The notes: generated by a model not told the origin, from the sequence alone. A DNA stretch of 64,000 nt from an uncultured Methanomicrobiales archaeon (GCA_963697895.1 OY969100.1:1024001-1088000), one strand, 5' to 3'. Positions 51,593 to 61,465 are shown, counted from the first letter of the stretch. Numbers and translations: made by a program.

Positions 51593-52537
51593 TCAATAAC
51601 CAGAAACCCCGGTCATTTCTCTTTCGGTAAGGTAATATTCTCTTTTCCATTCATTGAGCAAATTGCCGATCAACCCTTCATACCTGAGAAGAAATTCTAT
51701 AAACGAAACTCGAATTTTAAGGTATTCTTCCATTGCGTCATGTAATGATGTACCGATTAATTTGGCACGTAATTCCAACTTGTTTTTAGTAAAGAACAAA
51801 TATTGCGGATATTTTTCGTTAATAGTGGCATCAGCAAGCGTATAGACAAATAAATCCTCATAATCTGTTTCATTTAAAAGAGCCTGCCCACCATTTAGAT
51901 AAATACAAAGATTTCGAAAATCAGGGCCTACTAATAAAATTTTTGATAAATTTTCATTGAATAACTTTTCAATTCGCTCTGCATATGTATCATATTCATC
52001 GCTTAATTGATTGATTTTCTCTAAATATTTCATTAAAACTTCATCCGGATAATGAACTTGTTTGTCCAAATATCTCTTCGGTGAGAACCAAACGGGGAAT
52101 TTTTTTTCCTCCGTATAATTATTATTTAATATCAACCTAGTGAAGATATTTCCATTTTTAAGGACAGATTTTGTTTCTTCTAAGTCTTTTTTTAATGGAA
52201 TGAAAACATTCTGCGCGATATCTTTGATAATTTTACTTTTCCGATCTTTTTCAGCATAAATCAATTGTTTTTGAGAAATATCTACGAGATTTTGGTTAGC
52301 GATTGCGTATGCCAATGTTATAAAAACCAGTAATAATGTTGCGCCCGCCTGAATCCAGATTGCAGCAGATTGAATATCAGATAATATAAATTCCAAAACA
52401 ATCACGATCGCCGTAGCGATACATAATACAATAAAACTCCATGTGAACATATTTTTTTTCAAAATTAGAATCAATAGACATATCGATAGAAGTGAAATAT
52501 AGATAATCAAAATCAGAATATCAATTATTTCAATCAT
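51593..52537 (-). CDS. AT-rich hypothetical protein with three N-terminal TM helices
   Basis: 314-aa open frame in very AT-rich DNA; ATLLLVFITLAYA..N TM followed by a helical domain. Confidence 0.75.
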   Translation of the reverse strand: MIEIIDILILIIYISLLSICLLILILKKNMFTWSFIVLCIATAIVIVLEFILSDIQSAAIWIQAGATLLLVFITLAYAIANQNLVDISQKQLIYAEKDRKSKIIKDIAQNVFIPLKKDLEETKSVLKNGNIFTRLILNNNYTEEKKFPVWFSPKRYLDKQVHYPDEVLMKYLEKINQLSDEYDTYAERIEKLFNENLSKILLVGPDFRNLCIYLNGGQALLNETDYEDLFVYTLADATINEKYPQYLFFTKNKLELRAKLIGTSLHDAMEEYLKIRVSFIEFLLRYEGLIGNLLNEWKREYYLTEREMTGVSGY

Positions 52538-52750
52538 TGTTACTTAATAAAAATTGTTTGGATATAAATTATCTTGGATTATCCCAATGATCGGCCGCTT
52601 TTTGATCTTATTTCTATGTGATGATGTGCCGGCAGAATTTATACGTCCCAGCCAACAATTTCATCTCAGGAAAACGATATGAAATTTAATAAATGCATAG
52701 GATGAACCTCCTAGAAGTGCGTTATGGAATTAACTGAAAATGAGAGACTA

Positions 52751-53100
52751 ATGTTAATTGGCAAAAAAAAGATGAAATCAAAAACATAACCGATGAGATA
52801 TTAGAATTAGATCTATATAATGAAGGAAATGGGGTCGAAATCGCCAAAAGATTGAATCACATATTGGGCCTACTAAGCACGATAGCAAGTTATTCAAAGC
52901 CAAAAGAAATTTAAGTATATTTACTCGATTAGCCGCACACATATCTTTGAGTGGGAAAATTATAAGATATGCGCCTATGAGTAGCGAAATTGAAATTCTT
53001 TGTTTGGCTGCAAATTCTGTTCAATTTGAATTCACAAAGAGAGGGTTAATTCTTAAATTACCCAATACATGTCTTTCCGACTCGGATAGATATTCATAGA
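52751..53100 (+). pseudogene. Probable decayed ORF
   Basis: Protein-like stretch KKDEIKNITDEILELDLYNEG..LLSTIASY broken by an A-run frameshift and a stop. Confidence 0.3.
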
Positions 53101-53575
53101 TACAGTTGCGGTTTGGGTTCGGGTGCAATGGTGATTAATTTTCCTCACGTTCAATGATTTATCTACGAATAAATGACATTTCGCACACATGCCGGAGGGT
53201 TGATCTTCTCAATGGTTTGGTAACATGCATTAAATGCAATTGAACAATGGATAATTGTTCATTTCACGAATCTTTGTTATCTTTTATTTCTTTAAAGAAA
53301 TTTATTGATAATGAAATACTATCTGGATACAGTGAGTAAGTCCTTCCCGAAAAGGATGATGCCACCCTAAGGAGGATGGACGAAGTAGGGAAGGGTTCAC
53401 AACGATCTTCTCTTTATAGAATTTAATTATTTTTTCTATTTGGGATAAGTTAAATATTAATGCATGAAAATGCTCATATCCTCACAGAAATAAGTGCAAC
53501 TTTATTTCCCGAAAGAATGAAAGCAAGTATCTGCTCAATAACACGACTAAAATTCATGGAAAACAGAAAACCATC

Positions 53576-54310
53576 ATGAGAGATACATTCACCCCGACGG
53601 TTACTGATGTCAGAAAAGGTATGTTGACAGTCGATCAGATCTTCAATATCGTTATAGAACAACTTGAAAAGTCAGGGGAACTTGAACCTGAATATTTAAG
53701 AACTCATTTTGGGGATGTTTTGAAGAAAATTGAAAATAATGCACATGTATTATATCTTCAAGCAGAATCGGGAGTTACAGAAGATTTAATTGACAGGATT
53801 GCAGAGGAATTACCTCCATATGCTGGGAAAAAGGAAATAATCAGGCAGTCTGTTTCAAGAGCCGTTGAATTCGAGTACAGGACAGGACAGTCCCGGAAAA
53901 GCAGGGGAGGTTCTACTTACCAGAAAGCCGTTTCATTTTTGTTATCCCGTTTGGGAATTCCTCATATAAAACCCGCCGGAAAGGAAAAGAAGGAATTCGA
54001 TGAAATTGATTTTATTATCCCATCTGCTGAATATGCCAGAAAAATGCCCGATGATACAATTTTGTTGAGCGTGAAAAGGACCGGACGTGAGCGATGGAAA
54101 CAGGTTGTAAGCGAACGTGCTATGACTCATGTTTTTTTAATTCTCCATGACACGGATGATTTATCATCGGATAAGATTGAACTGATCAAAAAGAATAAAA
54201 TTATCCTGTATGTTTATGATGAAATTAAAAGAAAGGAAATGTTCAGAAATGAGGATAGCGTACGGAGCCTGAATGATCTCCCAGACCGTCTCAAACGATA
54301 CCAGAAATAA
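53576..54310 (+). CDS. Type II restriction endonuclease, EcoRII-C/CCGG family
   Basis: SRKSRGG, IDFIIP and SVKRT.RERWKQV motifs; adjacent to vsr and a C5 MTase. Confidence 0.8.
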   Translation: MRDTFTPTVTDVRKGMLTVDQIFNIVIEQLEKSGELEPEYLRTHFGDVLKKIENNAHVLYLQAESGVTEDLIDRIAEELPPYAGKKEIIRQSVSRAVEFEYRTGQSRKSRGGSTYQKAVSFLLSRLGIPHIKPAGKEKKEFDEIDFIIPSAEYARKMPDDTILLSVKRTGRERWKQVVSERAMTHVFLILHDTDDLSSDKIELIKKNKIILYVYDEIKRKEMFRNEDSVRSLNDLPDRLKRYQK

Positions 54311-54361
54311 CCATCTCCGGCCGGTGTGTTGACTATTATTTGAATTTCTAAACGAAGCGAT

Positions 54362-54778
54362 ATGGTTGACGTTCTCACCCCTCAACAGAGAAGTTATAAT
54401 ATGTCCCGCATAAAGGGCAAAGATACTTTACCCGAAATACAATTAAGACGACTCCTGCGGGAAGCAGGAATCAGGGGTTACCGTATTCATTACGATCTTC
54501 CAGGCAAGCCGGATGTGGTATTTATCAAGAAAAAAATTGCGATTTTCATTGATGGTTGTTTCTGGCATAAATGCCCCTTGCATTTTAAAGAACCCGAGAC
54601 CCGGAAAGAATTCTGGTTGAAAAAAATCCAAGAGAATGTCAAGCGTGATGAAATAATTAATAAAACACTGGTTGAGGATGGCTGGAAGTTAATCCGGATA
54701 TGGGAACATGAACTTAAAGAAAATCCGGAAGAAATCATTCGCCGGATAAAAATGGTTTTAGGATACACAGGTCCCTAG
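54362..54778 (+). CDS. vsr: Very short patch repair endonuclease
   Basis: RSYNMSRIK.KDT.PE, LPGKPD, FIDGCFWH and IWEHE motifs. Confidence 0.97.
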   Translation: MVDVLTPQQRSYNMSRIKGKDTLPEIQLRRLLREAGIRGYRIHYDLPGKPDVVFIKKKIAIFIDGCFWHKCPLHFKEPETRKEFWLKKIQENVKRDEIINKTLVEDGWKLIRIWEHELKENPEEIIRRIKMVLGYTGP

Positions 54779-55771
54779 TTGTTTTTCTTTTAGAGTTGAT
54801 AATTTTTCTGAATCAAGCGATTTTATGAGTTCATTTGCAATAATTTCCATAAGCGGAACCGCTACAGAATTTCCAAACTGTTTGTAAGCCTGCGTATCCG
54901 AGACCGGAATTTTAAAACTGTCAGGGTAGCCTTGGAGCCTGGCACACTCCCTAGGGGTCAGTCGTCTTGGATTTTTTCCCTCCTGCGGAATCAGGATTTC
55001 ACTTCCATCTTTGTAATAACGTGCCGAAAGGGTCCGGCAGTAACTGTTAAAGTCCACCAGCCCATAACCAAATCCATTTCCTTTCTTGCGGTGTTTTTCG
55101 GCATAATCCTGTAAATACTGCCAGAGATGATCGGTCAATGTATATTTGGCAGGAATATCTTTCTCAAGAATATCCTGAAAAACAGGGTTCAAATTTTGGA
55201 TTTCAGGAAATTTAAATGGCACTTCTTCTTCTCTGAATCCAATCATTATAATGCGTTCCCGATTCTGGGGGACCAACCTGTTTGCATTGAATACTTTGTA
55301 ATGAAATGAATATCCTTCAGCAATAAGTGAATCCCTGATTACTTTGAATGTTTTGCCTTTGTCATGACTTTCTAGATTTTTTACATTTTCAAGGAAATAT
55401 GCAGCAGGCCTTTTTAACCGGATTATTCTCATTATTTCATAAAACAGCGTCCCCTTTGTCTGATGTGCGAAACCATGAGGTATATTCAGACTCAGATATT
55501 TTGATACTCCTGCGATAGAGAACGGCTGACAGGGGAATCCGGCAACCAGAATGTCGAAATCCGGAATATCTCTGGCTTGTATCTCCCGTATATCACCTAT
55601 AGGAGATTCACCAAAATTAGCTTCATATGTTTTTTGTGCATATTTATCGATCTCGCATGAGAAAACACATTCCGCACCCGCTCTTTCGAATGCAAGACGA
55701 AGACCGCCTATACCGGCAAATAGATCAATAAATTTCAGTTTTTCCTTCAAAATGGGAACACTTCCCGACAT
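54758..55771 (-). CDS. dcm: DNA (cytosine-5)-methyltransferase, Dcm/EcoRII/SsoII-like
   Basis: DLFAGIGG, GFPCQPFS, ENVKNL, PQNRER, TLSARYYKDGSEILI, RRLTPREC and QFGNSV motifs. Confidence 0.95.
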   Translation of the reverse strand: MSGSVPILKEKLKFIDLFAGIGGLRLAFERAGAECVFSCEIDKYAQKTYEANFGESPIGDIREIQARDIPDFDILVAGFPCQPFSIAGVSKYLSLNIPHGFAHQTKGTLFYEIMRIIRLKRPAAYFLENVKNLESHDKGKTFKVIRDSLIAEGYSFHYKVFNANRLVPQNRERIIMIGFREEEVPFKFPEIQNLNPVFQDILEKDIPAKYTLTDHLWQYLQDYAEKHRKKGNGFGYGLVDFNSYCRTLSARYYKDGSEILIPQEGKNPRRLTPRECARLQGYPDSFKIPVSDTQAYKQFGNSVAVPLMEIIANELIKSLDSEKLSTLKEKQLGTCVS

Positions 55772-55774
55772 CTG

Positions 55775-56017
55775 TCAACCCGGTATCTGTTTGAAGTTCA
55801 ACATTCCAAGATTAAATAATTGTGATATGCACCGTGAATGTGAATCATATTTCTCTTTACGTTTTAAATATGGAGCCAATCTGCCAAGTCGTTTTTCTAT
55901 TCGAATAAAGACATGTGTGTAGAAATTGAGGCTAAAAATCATTTGGTTTGCTTTGAGATTGGAAATGTTCGCGCGAAATAAATCATTGATGGAATAATTA
56001 GCAAACTGTTTAATCAT
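55775..56017 (-). CDS. Small hypothetical protein
   Basis: 80-aa ORF between 56055-57020 and the MTase, ending 3 bp before the MTase start. Confidence 0.35.
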   Translation of the reverse strand: MIKQFANYSINDLFRANISNLKANQMIFSLNFYTHVFIRIEKRLGRLAPYLKRKEKYDSHSRCISQLFNLGMLNFKQIPG

Positions 56018-56054
56018 CCCTATAAATTCTTCTGAATTCTCGTGGATAAATATG

Positions 56055-57020
56055 TTATAAATTATTTAGAGTGTCTTGGTTCATTTCTGAGAATTCTGAC
56101 ATTGGAATTTTAACTACACAACTGCTCCCTCCTTGCATATTTCGCCCTCCACCACTAAACACCCATGAGGCATATTGAGCGAGCTTTTCGAAAGTTATGA
56201 ACCACCAATTTACTAAATTTCGATCTTCCGTATTATTTATCTCTCTAACAATGAATAATGAGTGCAAATTACCCTTCTTTGCAGCGTAAAAAGACAACTT
56301 AACAAATGGACCCACATCCAAACCAAAATAATTACCTAACTTACTATCCCTTGCGGGTGTTTTTTCTTTAATTTCAATTGGATAAGTATACCTTTCTCCC
56401 CAAAAAATGGCATCTATATCAACTGATTCTGTCATAAGTTTATTTTGTAGCGATATTCTAATGTGTTCATTTGTAAATAGACCCGGTATTGAAAGTTCAG
56501 GAATTGATGAAATGTCAGTTTGAAAACCAAGAAAATTATATCGACGAGTGCGTGCTTTAAAATCCGATAACACTTCTGGAAAATCATGGTAACTGTCAGA
56601 AAACGGTACGCCCAATTGTGTTGCATGCCATTTTAAAGAATTAATTTCGTTCTGAACCCCAATGGATGGGGCACAATAATAGCTATGAATTCCAAGTTGG
56701 TGCATTGTTGCACAAATTGTATGCAACCCTCGTGGCGGTTCTTCAAATTGTCTATCAGGTGAATAGGATATTTCAGGTTGAATTAAACATGGAAATACAA
56801 CCACAGTTTTATGACCAAAATTTCGTTCACCAGTATTTCGAGATATCCACCCCCCAGAAGAGATACGATTTCCAAATCCCATTTCATTGAGTGTATTTCG
56901 TAAATCGATTTCTGCTAAAAGACCGTTCAATTTGTTCTGATTAAAACTAGAAATGCTTTGGAAAGATAATCCTTCATTAAATCTATAGAAATAGATGCCA
57001 TAAGGCTTCTCTACTCTCAA
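56055..57020 (-). CDS. Hypothetical protein with a PD-(D/E)XK-like motif
   Basis: 321-aa ORF containing VDIDAIFWGERYTYPIEIKEK. Confidence 0.7.
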   Translation of the reverse strand: MRVEKPYGIYFYRFNEGLSFQSISSFNQNKLNGLLAEIDLRNTLNEMGFGNRISSGGWISRNTGERNFGHKTVVVFPCLIQPEISYSPDRQFEEPPRGLHTICATMHQLGIHSYYCAPSIGVQNEINSLKWHATQLGVPFSDSYHDFPEVLSDFKARTRRYNFLGFQTDISSIPELSIPGLFTNEHIRISLQNKLMTESVDIDAIFWGERYTYPIEIKEKTPARDSKLGNYFGLDVGPFVKLSFYAAKKGNLHSLFIVREINNTEDRNLVNWWFITFEKLAQYASWVFSGGGRNMQGGSSCVVKIPMSEFSEMNQDTLNNL

Positions 57021-57110
57021 TTTTAAATATTTTTTTCATCTCAATCAATGATTTCTATTTTCATTTTAGATTATATTGTCTTTCTCAATACCTTCAGACC
57101 AAGGAAAATC

Positions 57111-57317
57111 ATGTCGCTCCGCGAGAGAACGAAAGTACTGAGAGGATTTGACGGTGCAGAGGGTGTGGAAGTGTTCTGCGACGGGATGAGAACATATTAC
57201 AACTACATCCGGCCACATCAGGGGATTGGAAGATTGACTCCTGCGCAGATAGCAAATATTCCAATTAACTTGATGGGATCCAAGTGGGAGAAAATAATTG
57301 GGTTGGCGGGTGGATAA
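57111..57317 (+). pseudogene. DDE transposase/integrase C-terminal remnant
   Basis: LRERTKVLRGF..YYNYIRPHQGI..TPAQ.A.I pattern; no N-terminus. Confidence 0.7.
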
Positions 57318-57712
57318 AACCCAATTATTACCCGTACATCCTATCAGGGGGGAAATGAAATTTCTTGGACTAGTTTCTCCCCATTTATTTTGCCTGCAAG
57401 ACTGTGAGAAACAAATGAAATGCCCAATGCCCCGACGTTGATTACTGATTTAATTGCTTCATCTAATTCCTTCAAGAAATATTATCTTTTTTGAAGGAAT
57501 ACCCTTGAAAACCAGCGTGGTGCGAAGCTATGGCATGTCATTTATCGTCTTCTTTTGTATTTTCGAAATAAAAACCAAAAAACCGTACCAACAATGGCCG
57601 CTATTAATTCAAATTTAAAAAAATTTATTGTTACAAGGACCATTACCCAAAAAATCAATTTCAAAGCCATGAATAAATTAATTAGAACTTGTATCAGATC
57701 CATTAGACTCTC

Positions 57713-57943
57713 TTAATCGACATTTTTTATATCAAAAAATTTTGGATCGAAACTTCGTTTAAATTCCGGATCTTCTTTTTTCATATAATCAATTACTTGT
57801 TTAACTCCGTCGTCCCTAGTTAACCTAGGTTCAGCATCATTCCTAAGACTGTACTTTCTTGCACTGAAATAGTGTTGTCTGAACATATTTCGTTTAGATC
57901 CCCGAGTACTCCTATGTAATGTATTCCAATTCCTTTTCCACAA
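57713..57943 (-). CDS. Small hypothetical protein or gene fragment
   Basis: 76-aa ORF in AT-rich DNA. Confidence 0.35.
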   Translation of the reverse strand: MWKRNWNTLHRSTRGSKRNMFRQHYFSARKYSLRNDAEPRLTRDDGVKQVIDYMKKEDPEFKRSFDPKFFDIKNVD

Positions 57944-58132
57944 ACTCTCCTATTTCTTTATCATTCATGAAACACATGTACTGCTCTTTCTTTATTAAAG
58001 TCAACTGATACTTCACCAACCGTTCATGTGGTTAAGCATCCTTCATCTAACCGGAACCTGGAAAGAGTCATCGATAAAATAGAGAAAATTATTAAGATGG
58101 ATATTATAATTTATGGTTATTGAAGGGGACTT

Positions 58133-59260
58133 ATGAGCCAAGAAAATAATGAGCATAGATTAAGGGCATTTGTCTTAATGCCATTTGATACAGAATTTGA
58201 TGCGATTTTTGATAAGCTTATAACACCCACATTAGAAGAAGTTGGCTATGATGTCAAGCGCGCTGATAGTATTCTTAATCAACAAAACATTCTAAAAGAT
58301 ATATTACGGGGTATTGCAGAGGCGGATTTGGTTGTTGCAGATCTAACTAGTCTAAATGCCAATGTTTTTTATGAACTAGGAATCGCACATACTCTACTAA
58401 GACCAACGGTTCTTTTAGCTCAGTCCAATAAAGATGTACCCTTCGATCTATCGTCATACCGCGTGATTCTATATTCCACTCATTTTGTTGAAGCCCCTCA
58501 ACTGTCAAAAAAACTTAAGGAGATTGGTGAGAAGGCAAAAAACAATAAACTTGGATTTGGGAATCCTGTATCTGATTTTCTTCCAAGAGAAATGGAATCG
58601 GAATTTTCTCGTTTAACGACAGACGCGAGAGATGAAATAGAAACAAAAAATGAAAAAAAAATTGAAAACGATGAAGAAGAAAAGGGAATTTGGGACTTTG
58701 TTGTAGATGGCGAGAAATCCATGAAGGACATCACCGAACATTCAAGGCGAATAACAGAGGCAACAGAAGAAGTTGGTTCAAATATGCAAAAGCGAACTGC
58801 AGAGTTGCAGAAAATTTCACAAACTGGTTCGCCTGGCACAGCCTCTCGGATTCATGAGATTGCTACCGCATCATCATTGGATATTATCAAGTACGCAAAA
58901 CAACTCGAAGATGAACAACCCAATTTTCATAGTGCTTGGGAATCGTTCGACCATAACATTTCTGGTCTTCTTCAAACCACTCGAATAGAATCGCAAGAGG
59001 ATAAGAAGATAGCACTTGATTTTCGAATGTCGGTAGAGCAGCTACGGGTAGGAATAATATATGCTTTAAACGGAGTGAAAGGATTACGAGAAAGTGTTGC
59101 AAATATGAAAGATATTAGTCGAGAAATAAATCGTGCTTCAAAAAGGACAGCTCATATCCTCGATTTGTTGATTTCCGATCTTGAAGGAGCCGATTCGTAT
59201 TGTACAAAAGTTTTAACCTTACTTGATGAAAAGATCGCAAAATATTCATTCCCGTTTTAG
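58133..59260 (+). CDS. Nucleoside 2-deoxyribosyltransferase/TIR-like domain fused to a long helical domain
   Basis: AFVLMPF..RAD..I..AD.VVADLT..NANVFYELG.AH..PFD; heptad-rich C-terminal half. Confidence 0.8.
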   Translation: MSQENNEHRLRAFVLMPFDTEFDAIFDKLITPTLEEVGYDVKRADSILNQQNILKDILRGIAEADLVVADLTSLNANVFYELGIAHTLLRPTVLLAQSNKDVPFDLSSYRVILYSTHFVEAPQLSKKLKEIGEKAKNNKLGFGNPVSDFLPREMESEFSRLTTDARDEIETKNEKKIENDEEEKGIWDFVVDGEKSMKDITEHSRRITEATEEVGSNMQKRTAELQKISQTGSPGTASRIHEIATASSLDIIKYAKQLEDEQPNFHSAWESFDHNISGLLQTTRIESQEDKKIALDFRMSVEQLRVGIIYALNGVKGLRESVANMKDISREINRASKRTAHILDLLISDLEGADSYCTKVLTLLDEKIAKYSFPF

Positions 59261-59360
59261 AGATCCGTAGAAAAATAGATTCAAAATTTAACGACTAGCA
59301 TTTCATAACAGTAATGTTAGAATGCTGCGAACGGATCCGAACCCCACACCTCCCCCCGTC

Positions 59361-59512
59361 CAATTCAACCCTCGTGAAGCCATGCAATCCCCCCCTAAAC
59401 CTCTCCCCTCAACCACCAGAACGCCTCCTCGAGAATCCTTTGCATCCTTCACAATGCCGGCACCGTAGGGCGATGATCAGCTTGTCGAAGTCCCACGAGA
59501 GCAGTCGTTCGA
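59361..59512 (-). repeat. Degenerate copy of the 3' end and downstream flank of gene 60758-61465
   Basis: Aligns to 60726-60876 (shared gcgatgatcagcttgtcgaagtcccacgagagcag and caattcaaccctcgtga). Confidence 0.92.
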
Positions 59513-59526
59513 CCTCAGGCTCTCTT

Positions 59527-59973
59527 TCAGGGTAGCTTCGGTACTGTTTCAATCCTCTCGATAAATTGTTCCGTTATTGAAAGCCATCCCTCAATTTCCT
59601 CCCCTGATGCCGGTGTTTCAAATGAATACTGGTTCTGCTCCCGCATGCTCCTGATCCTTCCGAACAGGGTTACCCATCTGCTTTCCAGATTTCCGGAGGC
59701 TGCGTAGGTTCCCAGGTAAAGCTCTATACAATAGTGAGTTCGCTTCTCCCGGATCCCGTCATGAAAGAGGACCGCCCGGGCAGCATGAAACCACGCCATG
59801 TACACCCCGTTTGTTGCCAGCCGCGGCGTTCCGATCTGCATCCCCTGCCGGGCTTCCGAAAGGTACTCTCTTGCCATGGCAAGCGACATCCTCGCTTTCT
59901 CATTGGAAGGGGGAACCGTCTGCAGCTTTCCCTCCGCAAAACAATCATCGAGTGTTGTCAAAATCCTCACCAC
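59527..59973 (-). CDS. HEPN domain protein
   Basis: AREYLSEA..Y.AWFHAARAVL..G...TH..R...QY; overlaps the MNT gene. Confidence 0.88.
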   Translation of the reverse strand: MVRILTTLDDCFAEGKLQTVPPSNEKARMSLAMAREYLSEARQGMQIGTPRLATNGVYMAWFHAARAVLFHDGIREKRTHYCIELYLGTYAASGNLESRWVTLFGRIRSMREQNQYSFETPASGEEIEGWLSITEQFIERIETVPKLP

Positions 59974-60508
59974 ATACGGTCAGATGGTTATTTTTTAAAT
60001 TCGCATAAAATGAGGCGTCCTGAATTTTAAGGTTCTCCAGTTTGTTTTTAGTCAGCAGTAACGCGTGAACATCGCTTCCGGTTGCGGCCCCCAGATCCCG
60101 TTGGAGTTCTCCCATTTTCAATTCAAGGTCAGGATCATAGTCTTTTATGAATACCCAGACATCAAGATCGCTCTCCAGGTTATTTTTTCCTTCTGCCCAT
60201 GAACCATAAATCCCGATCCCTTCCGCCCAGGACGGGAGAGCGATACTATTCCGGAGGAGATCGAGGTTGAGAATCAATTTTATTGCATCCCACAGTGCAG
60301 TATCATTTCGATAAATCGAACGGTTATCGCGATTCAGAAGACGTTCGTGGATGAGCAGATTGAGATATTGAGAAACAAGCCCCTTTGACACCTGGGTGCC
60401 TGTTGTTACCGATGTAACGGAGAACGTTTCTCTTATACTGATGTAACGGAGAATTTTGACCCGTTCCCTGGTTTTAAACAGATCTACCAGGAACTCCTCT
60501 GTGCTCAC
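59945..60508 (-). CDS. HTH + minimal nucleotidyltransferase (MNT) antitoxin
   Basis: VSKGLVSQYL HTH and GIYGSWAEG...ESDLDVWV. Start taken at the in-frame GTG; the ORF track extends to 60541. Confidence 0.88.
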   Translation of the reverse strand: MSTEEFLVDLFKTRERVKILRYISIRETFSVTSVTTGTQVSKGLVSQYLNLLIHERLLNRDNRSIYRNDTALWDAIKLILNLDLLRNSIALPSWAEGIGIYGSWAEGKNNLESDLDVWVFIKDYDPDLELKMGELQRDLGAATGSDVHALLLTKNKLENLKIQDASFYANLKNNHLTVCGEDFDNTR

Positions 60509-60520
60509 AGTAATACGATT

Positions 60521-60583
60521 ATGTTCATAATATATGAACATATTGTTCGTGTTTTATGAACAATATGTTCATCATTCATGAAC
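60521..60583. promoter_or_regulatory. Three tandem TGTTC-N-GAAC(A) palindromes: probable operator of the MNT-HEPN operon
   Basis: atgttcataatatatgaacat, attgttcgtgttttatgaacaat and atgttcatcattcatgaac lie back to back. Confidence 0.65.
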
Positions 60584-60757
60584 TATTTCCCACGAAATCC
60601 TGTAGATACTGCGGAACCGGGTAATACCAAGTCGATCATTGAATTGGCGCACCCTGTCGCCAGGAGAGGCAAGAGGGGCTGAACACGATACAAATTCCCT
60701 GTACCGGATATCCAATGCCCCACCCAATTCAACCCTCGTGAGGTACGCCACCGCTCC

Positions 60758-61465
60758 CTAAACCTCTCTCTTCAACCACCAGAACGCATCCTCGACAAAA
60801 TCCTTCGCATCCTTCTCTACGCAGGGGCCGTGAGCGATGATCAGCTTGTCGAAGTCCCACGAGAGCAGCCGTTCGAGGGATCGCCGGGCGAGCCTCCGGT
60901 TCGTAAAAGTAAACCTGATATCGAGCGGAACGCCGCCACGCGGAGCAGCAACACCCCCGATCCTGGACAGGGCATTGCGGAGGAATTTCCCCTTCACGAC
61001 CGGGTGAACCTGGATGAGATCGTCCAGGATGACCGTGCGTGACGCTTTGTGAAAGAACAGGACCTCTTCGATGAGCCGGTTGCCCGTGAAGGCGATCTGG
61101 TCGAAGTCGTCCGCCCAGCCGGGATCCGGCTCGTCCCCGAGGACGCCGGTGATGGGCAGGTCCCCTTTCTTCAATGTCATCAGGGTGGTCCGGGGCACCC
61201 AGAGCCCGGCGTCGGGGAAGAGCGTGTGCCACCCGTCCAGCCGCCAGACATGCCGCGGGGTCGCAGCTAACAGGTACCTTACCGGACCCAGTTCGGTGAT
61301 GCTCCTGATCGTGTCGGGCGGCACCGCCACCGGGGAATCCACCCAGATCGAACCGCCGGAGAGCTGCACGACGGTCATGCGGGTGCTGAACCAGACCCCG
61401 AAGTCGCGGACGGGCGGCCCGTCGACGATCCATACGTTTTTGGCGAATGGCTGGAGGCCGTACAT
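60758..61465 (-). CDS. DUF4336 family protein (MBL-like)
   Basis: TRMTVVQL..G..W..SP, EEVLFFHKASRT.IL.DL and WDFDKLIIAHG motifs. Confidence 0.85.
   Translation of the reverse strand: MYGLQPFAKNVWIVDGPPVRDFGVWFSTRMTVVQLSGGSIWVDSPVAVPPDTIRSITELGPVRYLLAATPRHVWRLDGWHTLFPDAGLWVPRTTLMTLKKGDLPITGVLGDEPDPGWADDFDQIAFTGNRLIEEVLFFHKASRTVILDDLIQVHPVVKGKFLRNALSRIGGVAAPRGGVPLDIRFTFTNRRLARRSLERLLSWDFDKLIIAHGPCVEKDAKDFVEDAFWWLKREV

Larger units (their letters stand above)
51550..59300. other. AT-rich horizontally acquired defence island
   Basis: Visibly far lower GC than its flanks; carries R-M genes, a transposase remnant and defence-type ORFs. Confidence 0.8.

Noticed and set aside
57048-57317. Active IS element
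   Set aside because: Only the C-terminal ~70 codons remain; no terminal inverted repeats were identified.
59361-60876. Diversity-generating retroelement TR/VR pairs for the duplicated gene ends
   Set aside because: Mismatches are not adenine-specific, they include indels, and no reverse transcriptase is present.
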